From IMG/VR virus record IMGVR_UViG_3300020442_001467, positions 9,308 to 73,307 of that record: DNA of 64,000 bases; one strand, 5' to 3'. This document shows, in pieces, positions 1-11,700 of the stretch. The notes under the pieces were generated by a model, which was not told the origin of the DNA, searched no databases, and worked only from the letters and a program-made list of their open reading frames with translations. The DNA is from a virus. The position numbers and the translations under genes are program-made. The stretch's first letter is position 1. Every line of letters begins with the position of its first letter.

Positions 1-369
1 AGCAAAGGGTTTGTGGCATCTATGGACTGTGAGGTCTACACACGAGATCATGGATTGATGCGAGGACAGTATCTGTTTACACTAGATAACTATCATGCAA
101 ACATCGATGTTATAGATAATAATGTAAGTGAGGTGCCACAAGAGCACAAGTCGCATAACTGCATCGCTTTAAACAACGGTCAGTATGCACTATATCCTAA
201 CAACAGAATGCGACTGTATGACCTCTCTATAACCCCACAGGACCCTCAATTCCCTGACTTTAAGGTATCCACCATAGAATACCAAGTAGAGGCAGGAATC
301 GACTGGGGACGCCTTGGAGACACTGACGATTATTTCTGGCAAACACCAAAGGAGAAAGAAAATGGGTAA
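1..369 (+). CDS. conserved cyanophage hypothetical protein (5'-truncated by window)
   Basis: Frame open from position 1 to TAA at 367-369; protein-like composition (HKSHNCIALNNGQYALYPNNR). Confidence 0.7.
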   Translation, partial: SKGFVASMDCEVYTRDHGLMRGQYLFTLDNYHANIDVIDNNVSEVPQEHKSHNCIALNNGQYALYPNNRMRLYDLSITPQDPQFPDFKVSTIEYQVEAGIDWGRLGDTDDYFWQTPKEKENG

Positions 370-490
370 TTCACCTACCGACAAAAGTAAAGATTTTATC
401 AAGTCTGGAATGACCCTGATCACACAGGTTGACTCCGACAGGTATCTGAAGAAGATGAAGAAAGAAGATCAGAAAAAGGACCATAAATAA
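362..490 (+). CDS. small hypothetical protein (42 aa, MGNSPTDKSKDFIKSGMTLITQ...)
   Basis: Read manually: ATG at 362 overlapping the upstream stop, AAGGAG upstream, fills the gap before gp25; below the ORF-track size cutoff. Confidence 0.6.
   Translation: MGNSPTDKSKDFIKSGMTLITQVDSDRYLKKMKKEDQKKDHK
482..489 (+). promoter_or_regulatory. T4-type late promoter variant (CATAAATA)
   Basis: One mismatch to the gp55 consensus TATAAATA, ~20 nt upstream of gp25. Confidence 0.6.
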
Positions 491-508
491 ACAATAAATT
501 GTGTTATT

Positions 509-904
509 GTGCCTAATCAACAGTCTTTTAAAGATTTAAAGGTCACCTTCAATCCACACCCCATTACAGGGGACTTGCAGGTGACAAAAGATGAGGCAGC
601 TATTAAACAGTCAATTACTAATTTGTTATTGACATCACCTGGAGAAAGATTGTTTGATAGTAAAATCGGTTCGGGGATTCGCGACTTGTTGTTTGAATCT
701 CTTGATTTTGCTATTGCGGGTCTTATTGCTGATGAGATCAAACGTACTCTATCAAAATACGAACCTAGGATAAAACTGCAAGAAGTTGAGGTCATACCAG
801 ACTTTGACAATAATGCTTTTGAAACGAACATTGAGTTCACAATTATTGGTCGTCAAGACACTCCTGACCAATCAATCAACTTCCTCCTCCAGAGAACCCG
901 ATGA
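509..904 (+). CDS. gp25: baseplate wedge subunit gp25
   Basis: AIKQSITNLLLTSPGERLF...GSGIRDLLFE...YEPRI motifs of the gp25/GPW family; directly before gp6. Confidence 0.93.
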   Translation: MPNQQSFKDLKVTFNPHPITGDLQVTKDEAAIKQSITNLLLTSPGERLFDSKIGSGIRDLLFESLDFAIAGLIADEIKRTLSKYEPRIKLQEVEVIPDFDNNAFETNIEFTIIGRQDTPDQSINFLLQRTR

Positions 905-2703
905 AGCATATTCAAGTAAATGATTTAGACTTTGAAAATATTAAGACTACTCTCAAAGAATATTTGAGAGCACAGTCTGATTTCACTGATTATGATTTCG
1001 AGGGTTCTGTCTGGAGCACATTACTCGACGTATTAGCATATAATACGTATTACACCGCGTTCAACACGAACATGGTGGTAAATGAGTTATTTCTAGAGTC
1101 TGCCACTCTTCGTGACAATGTAATTTCTCTGGCAAAGCAACTAGGGTATAAACCAAAGTCCGTAGTTGCGGCAAAGGCAATGGTTAATTTCCAAGTAAAT
1201 TTTCCAGGATCCGCACCTCCAATCATTGTATTGAAGAAGGGTACGGGATTTGTCACTACCTATAATGATAAACTGTACCGCTTTGTAGTATTAGATGACT
1301 ACAAGGCGGGTGTTGTTAATGGACAAGCGTTTTTCACTAACGTAGAGTTGTATGAAGGTTCTGTTGTTGAGGACAACTTTACCGTAAGTAATTTCATCAA
1401 ATCGCAAAAATTCTTACTGTCCAACGGAAAAGCGGATACTAGCACCATTAGAGTCAAAGTATACCCTACAGAACAGTCTAGTGAGTTCGCTTACTTCAAT
1501 ATGATCGATAATATCATCGACATCAAAGACACTGACGGTATTTTCTACGTAGATGAAACCGCAGACGAGAGATATGAGTTGTTCTTTGGTGACGGTGTTA
1601 TTGGTCAGAAACTAGATCACAACAACTATGTCGAAGCATCGTACCTAATTTCTAATGGTTCTGAAGCAAATGGCGCATCGTTATTTGTATTTGCTGGAGT
1701 TTTAGAGGATGTCAACGGAACTGCGTTTGGAACTGAAGTAAGAAACATCACAGTTGTTGATATAGCAAACGGCGGTGCTGATATTGAAAGCATTGACAAG
1801 ATTAAGTTCAATGCACCGAAATTGTATGCTACACAGAATAGAGCAGTAACAGCTACTGATTACGCTGCTATTGTAAGAAAGATTTACCCAGCAATCTCTG
1901 ACATTATCACATACGGCGGCGAAGAAGAGAGATACCCCGAATTTGGTAAGGTCAAGATTGTTATTAAACCAGACAGTGGTTCTACCTTATCTACAACAAC
2001 CAAGCAACAAATTATTGCTGGATTGAAAGATTACGCTGTTGCTTCTGTAACTCCCGAGATTAAGGACCCATCTATCCTATATCTGGAGTTAAACAGCAGA
2101 ATTAACTTTAACACTAGAGTTACTAATCAATATCCAGAAGATATCAGAACCAAGGTCTATGCTGGCGTTGAGCAGTATACTAAAGCATCAAGTACCGAAA
2201 AATTCAACGGTAAGTTCAGATACAGTAAGTACGTTGGAGTCATCGACTCTGCTGATAGATCCATCACATCTAACACTACAACTGTATTGATGAGAAAGGA
2301 TTTCTATCCTCTGATCAACAGCACTTCTTACTACGAACTCTGCTTCCAGAACCCATTTAAGAGCAACTGTCCTGAAGATGGTCCTGTCATTCAGAGCACA
2401 GCATTTAGAGTCAGTGAATATCCCATTACTGATGTCTACATGGAAGATCGCTTCGGCAAAATGATCCTATATAGACTAGATCCTGGAACTGGCGAAAAGA
2501 TAGTATTGAAGGACTATATTGGCGATGTAGATTACGACGAGGGTGAAATCAAGTTGTATGACGTGACTATTATAGAAGGTACTTTCTTCGACAACAGAAT
2601 TTCAGTTCGTGTCGTTCCTCGTAATAACGATATCGATGCATCTAGACATATGTACTTGGATGTAGATGTTGCTAATAGTAAGTTCGCGGTATACCCAGAG
2701 TAA
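901..2703 (+). CDS. gp6: baseplate wedge subunit gp6
   Basis: LDFENIK...FTDYDFEGS...LDVLAYNTYY...ELFLESATLR and QNRAVTATDY motifs of T4 gp6; ATGA overlap with gp25. Confidence 0.95.
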   Translation: MKHIQVNDLDFENIKTTLKEYLRAQSDFTDYDFEGSVWSTLLDVLAYNTYYTAFNTNMVVNELFLESATLRDNVISLAKQLGYKPKSVVAAKAMVNFQVNFPGSAPPIIVLKKGTGFVTTYNDKLYRFVVLDDYKAGVVNGQAFFTNVELYEGSVVEDNFTVSNFIKSQKFLLSNGKADTSTIRVKVYPTEQSSEFAYFNMIDNIIDIKDTDGIFYVDETADERYELFFGDGVIGQKLDHNNYVEASYLISNGSEANGASLFVFAGVLEDVNGTAFGTEVRNITVVDIANGGADIESIDKIKFNAPKLYATQNRAVTATDYAAIVRKIYPAISDIITYGGEEERYPEFGKVKIVIKPDSGSTLSTTTKQQIIAGLKDYAVASVTPEIKDPSILYLELNSRINFNTRVTNQYPEDIRTKVYAGVEQYTKASSTEKFNGKFRYSKYVGVIDSADRSITSNTTTVLMRKDFYPLINSTSYYELCFQNPFKSNCPEDGPVIQSTAFRVSEYPITDVYMEDRFGKMILYRLDPGTGEKIVLKDYIGDVDYDEGEIKLYDVTIIEGTFFDNRISVRVVPRNNDIDASRHMYLDVDVANSKFAVYPE

Positions 2704-2707
2704 GTAG

Positions 2708-5700
2708 ATGAGTAATAAAATTTCATCGCTAATCGAGACACAGCTTCCTGCGTTTATCGTTTCTGAATATGGAAATGTTGCGGCAGTTATTGAAGCATAC
2801 TATGAGCAACTAGAATCGACGGGTCAGTCTTTAGATATTATATCGAACATCACATCATACCGTGATGTCGATTTTTATGAAAAAAATCTGTTAACAGAAC
2901 AGACCACACTAACTGTTGGTATTTCTGCTGCAGCTACCACTATCGCTGTTGCTGATGCATCTTCATTCCCCAGAAAGAATGGATACATCAAAATTGGTGA
3001 TGAAATTTGTTTTTATGCTTCTAGAACAGATACAGAGTTCTTGGAAGTTTCTAGAGGAGTTAGTGGGACCACCCAATTAGGGGATCTCTACGAAAAGTCC
3101 CAATACACGTCCTCTGACGCAAAGTTTCACGCTACCAGTTCGGCAGTACATAATTTAAGTCACCTCTTCCTGTACGCCCTTGTGAAGGCGTTTGAGAGAG
3201 AATATCTGGTTGATGTGCCAGAAGTATATCTCAAAGGAGATATTGACAAACGTCAGTTAATTAAGAATATTGCCGACTTTTACAAAGTCAAAGGAACTGA
3301 CAAGTCAATTAGGTTTATCTTCAACTCTATCGTCTCAAAGAGTGCTGATGACATCCCTACAACATACTATCCAAAAGATTTTACTGTAAAAGTATCAGAA
3401 TCGAATTGGGATGCTGCTTTTGCTCTGCAAGTAATTATTCTGGAAGGTAACGCCAACTGGTTGATTGGACAAACTATTGTACAGCAATCTGACAAAAATT
3501 CTCCAGATGCTTCATATGCATCTGTAAGCATCGAGAATGTAGTTGGTATTGGCAAGGTTGGTGACTATGGGTTGTTTAACCTGATTATCAACCCAAATAC
3601 CGTAAATGGTAATTTTGCGATCCCCCAAAAGACAGTCCTGGACAGGGATCTCGCGACTACTCAAGGTCCTGGAGATACAATCACTGTAGACTCTACTTTG
3701 GGTTGGTCAGCACAGTCTGGATACCTACAAGTCAATAATGAGATCATTAAATTTGAAGGAAAGGGTGCTAGACAGTTTATTATCAGCGAAAGGGGTAATA
3801 TCACCAGAACACACAATGTTGGTGACCTGGTAGTAAACTATTCTAATGTTTCAGCATCTACTAATGACGGTAGAGTCAAGTTGCTTGTCTATGGAACTCT
3901 AACAAATCTCAATGTCGAGAATGGAGAACCATACTCTCAAGTAGGTGACAAGGTTCAAGTTTCCAAACCAGGATTTGAAACCAAGAATTTAGTCATCTAT
4001 GACCAAAGGGCAAACAATGTTCGCTGGAAGGTAAACACCTCTGGTCTAACTCCTTCTGTTCCATTCAACCCTGGTGTTGGTCAAGGACTACAGAAGTTCC
4101 TTTCTGATGTCAGTGCAGTATATGAGGATAGTCAGTATTACTACTTTGCTACATCGTCATATCCATCTACTCCTATTTTAACGGGTCAGACTCAACCAGT
4201 TCCTATGGTTGATCCCCAACTGCTTAAACTCATTCCAAAGCAGACTAGCACAACTCCTGAAGTATATAAGACTCCAACCAGAGATGTAGGCATTTTTGTT
4301 GACGGTTCTATTGCTTTCAGTTTTAAGAGTGAGAACAATATTCCTTATGGAGATATTCAGACCTACACACTCACCAAACGTGGTTCTGGATACACTAAAC
4401 CTCCTTATGTCTTGGTAAACGGAGATTCGTCTATTGCTCTGTCTTCTTTGGCAGGTGATACTGTCAATGCCATCACAACTATTAAGAGTCAAAATTACAC
4501 AGCAGATCCTCTGATCGAGATTACTGCTGGTAGAGATGGTAAAGCAGAAGCAGTTATCACATCTGGAGAAATTACTAGTATCAGAGTTATTGATGCTGGT
4601 GAATATTATTCTGCACCTCCTCTTGTCGTTATTAGTGACCTAGCAGGAAAAGGTAGGTTTGCTGAATATCGTGCAAAGACAAATACATTAGGAAAAATCA
4701 CAGAGTTTGAGAAAATCTCTGGTGGTAAGTTCTACACACAAGAAAATGTAAGGGTTGAATTAATTTCCGAAGGACAAAACAACCCTGCATCTGCAACTGC
4801 CGAAATCTACCGTTGGGTCCAAAATAGATTCTTTGAAAATGAGTTAATTTTAGATGATAACAACGGACTAGCAGTAAAAGATGTAATTGAAAATGAATAT
4901 TATTACGGTATTGCTGCAAACCCAAAAAGACTGCGTTTGAGGTTGCAAGACAGCATCCAAAATATCACGTTCCAAGAAACGGCAACTGTTACTCACTCAC
5001 CAATTCTTGGGTATGCTTATGATGGAAATCCAATTTATGGTCCATATGGATTCTCCGATCCCCTAGACAGCTCATCCTCCATTGCGAGAATGAACAGTGG
5101 ATATCAACTTAAGAGTTCTAGAACTGATGGTCCCGTCGATGCTCCATACGAGATGGGCACATTTGTTGATGACTATGAGTGGGTTGCTACAGTTGATACT
5201 GGCAAGACTCGTCTTGATATCAATAATGGTAGATTCTGTGTAACACCAGAATTCCCACAAGGAACGTATGCATACTTCATTACCATCGATGCTACGAATA
5301 AACCCGTATATCCATACATCCTTGGTGAGAACTTCTATTCCCTTCCTGTCAGATCAAACTACGAAAGTAAGATTACTCAAAAATCTATTCCTTCCGATTC
5401 TAGAAGACTGTTTATTCCTGGCACATTGAAGAATGGTTCTGGAGAAATAGCATTTGTAGATTCTGTATCAACTGGTTTTGTCTCTTCTGTAAAAATTGAA
5501 GATTCACAACCTAACTTCCAAGTTGGATCTAGAATCTATGTTGATGACTCTGGAAGTGGTGGTAGCGGTGCATCTGGTATTGTATCTTCTACTTTCGGTA
5601 AACCTGTTACCAGTATCGAATCAAAAGAACTCAAAGCAGTTCAACTAACCACTCTAAATTCATTCTATGGTTTCCTTGGCGATACAATCACCCAAGAGGG

Positions 5701-8700
5701 AACAGGTGCTGTTGGTGAGTTGATCAGAGATGTCAGTGAAGAAAATGAAATTGTTTTGAGAAGTGTTACTGGTACATTTGTACCAGGAAATGAAATCAAC
5801 TCTTCTACTAGAGTAATTAACCTCTTGCTCTCACAGAACAGCACATACACCCAAGGCGAGACTCTTGCTCTTGTATTGTTTGATGATCCCACCACAGAGA
5901 TTGCTACTGGTGAGATTTTAGCAGGAACTGTCGAACAGAATGCTGTCAGACTAAAAGTATTGTCTGGTAACTTTGATGATTACCTGAATTATGCAGAAGG
6001 CGAAGTTATTCTGAAGAGTAGTGATCTGGGCAACACTGCAGGAACCGAAATTGTAATTATCAAAGAATTGAGTAAGAATGTTGGTGTCACTGGTGTTGAT
6101 GAATCTATTGCTATCCTAGAAACAACTGAAGCACATGATTTTGGTAGTGGTGATATTATTGACATCATCGTAGATCCTGACGAAGCAACTACAGAGACTA
6201 CCTATTATGTTACCAAGAAGAAATTCCAAGAAGTTTCTCTATTAGATCTACAATATAGTGCCAAAGTAAACGATAGTGGTATCGGAGCATCTACTGTCAT
6301 TGGTCTTGGTAAAGACTACTATACAAACACATATAATGATGTACCCCTGGTATTTGCAAATGCTGCAAAGAACAGAGATGATATTGTTCAGGCAAAAGCA
6401 ACTGTGGTTGTTGCTGGTGACAACTTTGATGGTAGTGGCAATATTGCTAGTATCAGTATTACCGACCCAGGTTCTAACTATCGTAGAGATGATATCCTAA
6501 CTTTAGATCCAACTGCTATTCCTAGGGTAGATCCTGCCGATTTGGATCAGAGTCCTAATCTTGGTATGGAGTACACCAACCAGCAACAAGTAGAAGCAAA
6601 CTTATCGAAGAGATTCTTTGTTGCCGAAGCTGACTATGACGACTTCATTGCCAACGAATATGTGGCAGCTGCCTTCGGACAGAATGATGGTGGTAACGTA
6701 AACTTCATTTACCAGAACACAGATCCAGATAATTTTAGTGTTCAGTATTTCATTGTTGATGAGGAAGGAGATGATCTCTCCACTTCCGATACAATTGGTG
6801 GATATGCAATTACCGCTACAGATACTTTCTATCCCCCTGGTTCACTGTTGCCCCAGTACGTATTCAAAGATCTGGATACGAACGAAGTAAACCCTGATTA
6901 CAATCTTCGTGTCGGTAGCACACTCACTATTCCTAATATGGGAGGTCACACCATTTATGTGGTGTCTGACTACAGCACATCGCTGGCATTGGATGGATAT
7001 GCATTGAAAATAGATGACTATGACATTGCTACTGGATCTTCTACTGATCAATCTTCTCCAATTACATTCACACCAGTATTTGCTGGTACATACTACTATA
7101 TCTGTATTGCCCACCCAGAGATGGTTGGAACCATTACTGTGTATCCTTCCCCAGGATCATCCACTCCTCTAATCAATGTAGATTCTGCTGGATTTGGTGT
7201 TGACAGAACAGATCTCAATGTAACCAACACTTTCGGTATTGCAGTGAATGATTTACTGTCTATCGGATCCGAAGTTATCAAGGTTGTCACAGTTGACAAT
7301 GCTAATAAGAAGATGACTGTGTTGAGAGCACAGGAAGGAACCAGTAAGTCAGATCATGGTGATGGCAAAGAGATAACCTCTTTCAGTCCAACATACAATT
7401 TCACTCCTGGATCTAAACTTGGCGGCAATACTGTCAATGATCCTGTTGTTGTGTCTTATGATAAGACTGCCAAGACTTTAGTCGTCAACTGGGATTACGA
7501 CGCAACATCAACAGTTCCACTGACAACTGTATCTTCTATTGAAGATCAAAGTACACCACCTAAAGTGGTATCTATTTCTAGTGCAGAACCCATCAAAGAG
7601 AAGCTTCTATTCTCTTTAGACAATACCAATTTTGACACTAACCCTGTTGTTGATATTCAGAAGTATTACTTCTACAAGTTTGATGTCAGTCATCCTTCGA
7701 TGCTGAATTCGTACCTGGATATTTCTACAAGTCCAAACTTTAATGTCTTCACTGAAGAAAAAGAAGTTGGATTGACCGAACCAGGCAACCCTGGCGCATT
7801 TGTAAGAATTAGACTTGGTTATGGCGCAAACATTGGTGAGAAGACACGTAAGGATGTAAACTTCACTAGTTACTACTATTTCCTTACAAATTCTTCTACA
7901 GACACCGAAGGATCTTTCTTGAGAGTTATTGACGATCCTCTTTCTGGTAGAAAGTCTGTCACATACACAACTGACACTAAAGTTGTCTATGGTCTAGATG
8001 AAGTTCCTCAATATGACGGTTCTGGAAGTATTAATTACACAGGACGTTCTGTTGGTAAGATTGCATCTATTACATTAGACAATCTAGGTTCTAACTACAA
8101 GAAACTGCCTGTTATCAGAGGTGTTGTTCCTGCCGATGGATATAAAGCAAAAGTAACTGCGGTCAGAAATGCCACATCTAATGAAATCGAGGCAATCACT
8201 ATTTCTGATCCTGGTCAAGGATATTCTAAACCAGAATTGGTAGTTGCTAGTGGAGATGGCACTGGTCTTCGTACTGTAGTGGACACTCAAAATGGTAAAG
8301 TTACTCAAGTAAGAATTATCAATGGAGGAACATTTACAGAGACTCCATTGGTTGATATTATCGAAACTGACAACAAATTATTCTTTGAATCCGAAAACAT
8401 TGGATTGCCACAAAATGTCAACTTCGTTAAGTATGGATCTGGATTCCACACTGATGATACTATTATCTCTGAATACTCCACACCGTCTGTATTTGTCTTG
8501 AGATCTTTTGATCTAGATGCATTCAAACCTGGAGAACTCATTGAACAACGTTCTGGTCAACTTGTCACTGCTCAAGGTAGGGTTGCACCTAATGGATGGA
8601 CAAAAGGTTCTAATATACTGCGTCTTGAAAAAATTACTGGTGTGTTCAAACAAAACGAGCAGATCATCGGAAAGAGTGGAAAAAATACTGCTATCATCGA

Positions 8701-11700
8701 TAGCATCAAGAAAACTACATTTTCTCCAGTTATTGTAACGAGAGACAAGACTTTAGGTGTGTTTACTTCTGATAGAGGTAAAATCAGTTCTGGTAACCAG
8801 AAGATTCATGACTCTGATTTCTATCAAGATTACTCCTATGTAATTAGATCTAGAACTCCAATCAAGCAGTGGCGTAATATCATCAAAGATACTACACACC
8901 CTGCAGGATTTAAGGCGTTTGGTGAGGTGTACCTGGAAACACAGGCACCAGCAATCATGCCTAGTAGTCAACCAGTCAAAAAGACTACTGTGATTCTCAC
9001 AGGTCCACCTGTAAACCTATCTACAGTTTCGACCAAGAGAACTATTACTACCAGTGTATTCAAGGTAGAAGACTCTAGAGTCTCTAGAGGTGCTGGTTCT
9101 GTATCTGTTGATGATTTTGATGTAACCCTGTTTAAGACTAGAGAGTTGGAACTTACTCCTGACTTTGATGGTAAATATGATCCTCAAACAGGTCTGAAGA
9201 TTGGTAATACACAGTTCACTATTATTGACAAGGAAACAGGCACTGCATACACTCCATACAACGAGCAAGAACTGCTCATGACTATTGATGGTATAGCACA
9301 GAGACCTGGTTATTCTTTCAAGGTTACTGGCAACCAACTCAATTTCTACGAACCACCTCTTGGTGTCAGAATTGTAGAGGATCAGGAAGTTCCAGCACAA
9401 CAAGAATATATTAGATCTTTCAAATTTAGAGAAGACACCGACAATGCTCGTTATCTCAAGAGACTACAGAACATTGCAGATTCTTTTGATGGCAGAACCA
9501 GAATCTTTGATCTGCGTTGGGAAGATGGTAGTGTCGTAAAAACACAGGTCAATGAAGATCTGTTTGTATATCTTGATGGAGTATTGCAGCAAGGTTCGTA
9601 TGAAATCAGACGATTTTCAAGCCCAAACAAAACAGATCGTATCGCTTTCAATAAAGCACCCAAAAACTACAAAGACCTATACGATGCTGATGCTTTTCCA
9701 CAAGAACTACAGAACGAAACATATTTCTATGGATTTGGTGTGGGTCTATACGAAAGACTTGGTATTGACGAAAGAATAGTTCCTTTCAACACATATAATA
9801 GTTACTCCATCTATGATTCTAAAGGTGACGTAATTAATGTAGATGATGATAAGAATCTCTATGTTTATGTTGATGGTGTATTACAGAATAGAGAGTTCTC
9901 TTACAAGATTGCTGGATCTTCTATCATATTCAACCAACCACTTACTTTTGCAGAACAAGCGGATGGTGGGTATACAACTGCTAGAGTTGACATTATCCGT
10001 CTGTATGGTAAAGATGCTCAACAGACAGTCACCCTGTTTAACCACGAACCTGATGTTTACTTTAACAGAGCAACAGTTCAATTAGATCTTGCTGGTGGTT
10101 ATGACGCTCTCACAACTTGGCGCACACAAAATACTACTGACACTACGATTGTCAAACAAGGAGATAAAGTATGGGGAGATCTCATCTCTGTTTCTTCGGA
10201 TGCTGGCAACACATTTAAAATTGAACTGCGTTCACAAAACATTTTATCCGACACATCTCTGCCCATCACTTTTGATAGAAATGATGGTGCTCCACTTACA
10301 CTGAATCCAGATAGTTTTACTATTTCATATGTAACTAATGAAGATGGAGAAAGAGTCCTCAATAGACTAGAGGCAAACTACATTCCTTACTTACCTACAG
10401 GTGATGCCTTTGATAGTTATGACTACAGAGGTGAGATTCTGAAGCAACATCCAAACCTTCGTGTTGGTGATAAGATCAAAATTGATGGTGAAAAATCATA
10501 CAGAAGTATTATCAGTTCACCACTATTTGCAAGACCAACCGAATATCGTGACGACGAACAAGTATCCAACAACTTCTTCACGAAGATTGCTGCTGGTAAC
10601 TATAACGGCGAAAGGTTTGGTGAAGGTTTGTCTGTAGTTGCCAACATTACTGCTGGTAAAGTAACTTCTCTTGATTGGAATCGTAGAGATCTCTCATACT
10701 ACTTCAATCACGGTGTCCTTATCAATCCAACTGCATATAATTACAACAGCGCACCAATTCTAAACTTTGTTCCTGTCAATGGTGAAGGTGGTGGTGCTAA
10801 AGCAAGAGTGATTGTATATGGTGGTCAAATCATTGACATTGAGGTCGTAGATCCTGGATCTGGTTATACCAAGGCACCCAGAGTCGTAGTTTCTAGAGGT
10901 TATTCAATCCTTCGTGAGAATAATCATCCAGAGTTCTTCATGACCAGATATACTACTGGTGGTGGGGGTCAGCAACTAGTTGCCACTATCTCTGCTGTAT
11001 CATCTGTTATTCCTCTGTTTGATAGAAACCTTATTGAATCTCTCGCTATCATACAGTCACCAAATCCTCTCCAATTCAATAACGAATACGTCAGAGTTAT
11101 TCAACCAGCGTCTCCCGCAATTGGAATGGGTGAAGTATCTGAACAGAAGATCCTCTCTCAAATTCAGTATGTTGCTGCTACAGAATCTCCTGCTGCAGTG
11201 TCACAACCTGCATTTACGAGAATCTTCCCTGACAATATGGATCTTGGTTTTGAGTCATTTAGGGCAGTTAAGACCAGACAATATAGTTCTGGTGTCGTTG
11301 CACTAGATGAGCAACCAGTTAATAACCCTCATCTCTATTCTCAAGGTAAGTTAGGAACTACAGTATCCTCCTTTATTGATTACTTGTTCCTAGATGTTGG
11401 TTATGCAAATGTGTCTGGTATTACTCTGGAGCAACTAGAATTGACTTATACACAATTCCAAGGTATTAGCGAAGGAGTTGATACCTGGATGGATAACATG
11501 GCAATCAATGCCTCTTCATTAACTACCGATGGAACACTATTCAACCCAGGTGTCCCATCACTACAAGAACATGTCAGTTTCTTGGATGCTCCTGCAACTG
11601 ATGTGTCAATTGTCCTTTATGTTCCAGACACTTCCAGGTTCCCCGACTCTGGAAAACTCTTGTTGGGTAAAGAACTTGTAACATATACTAGCAAGTCAGC

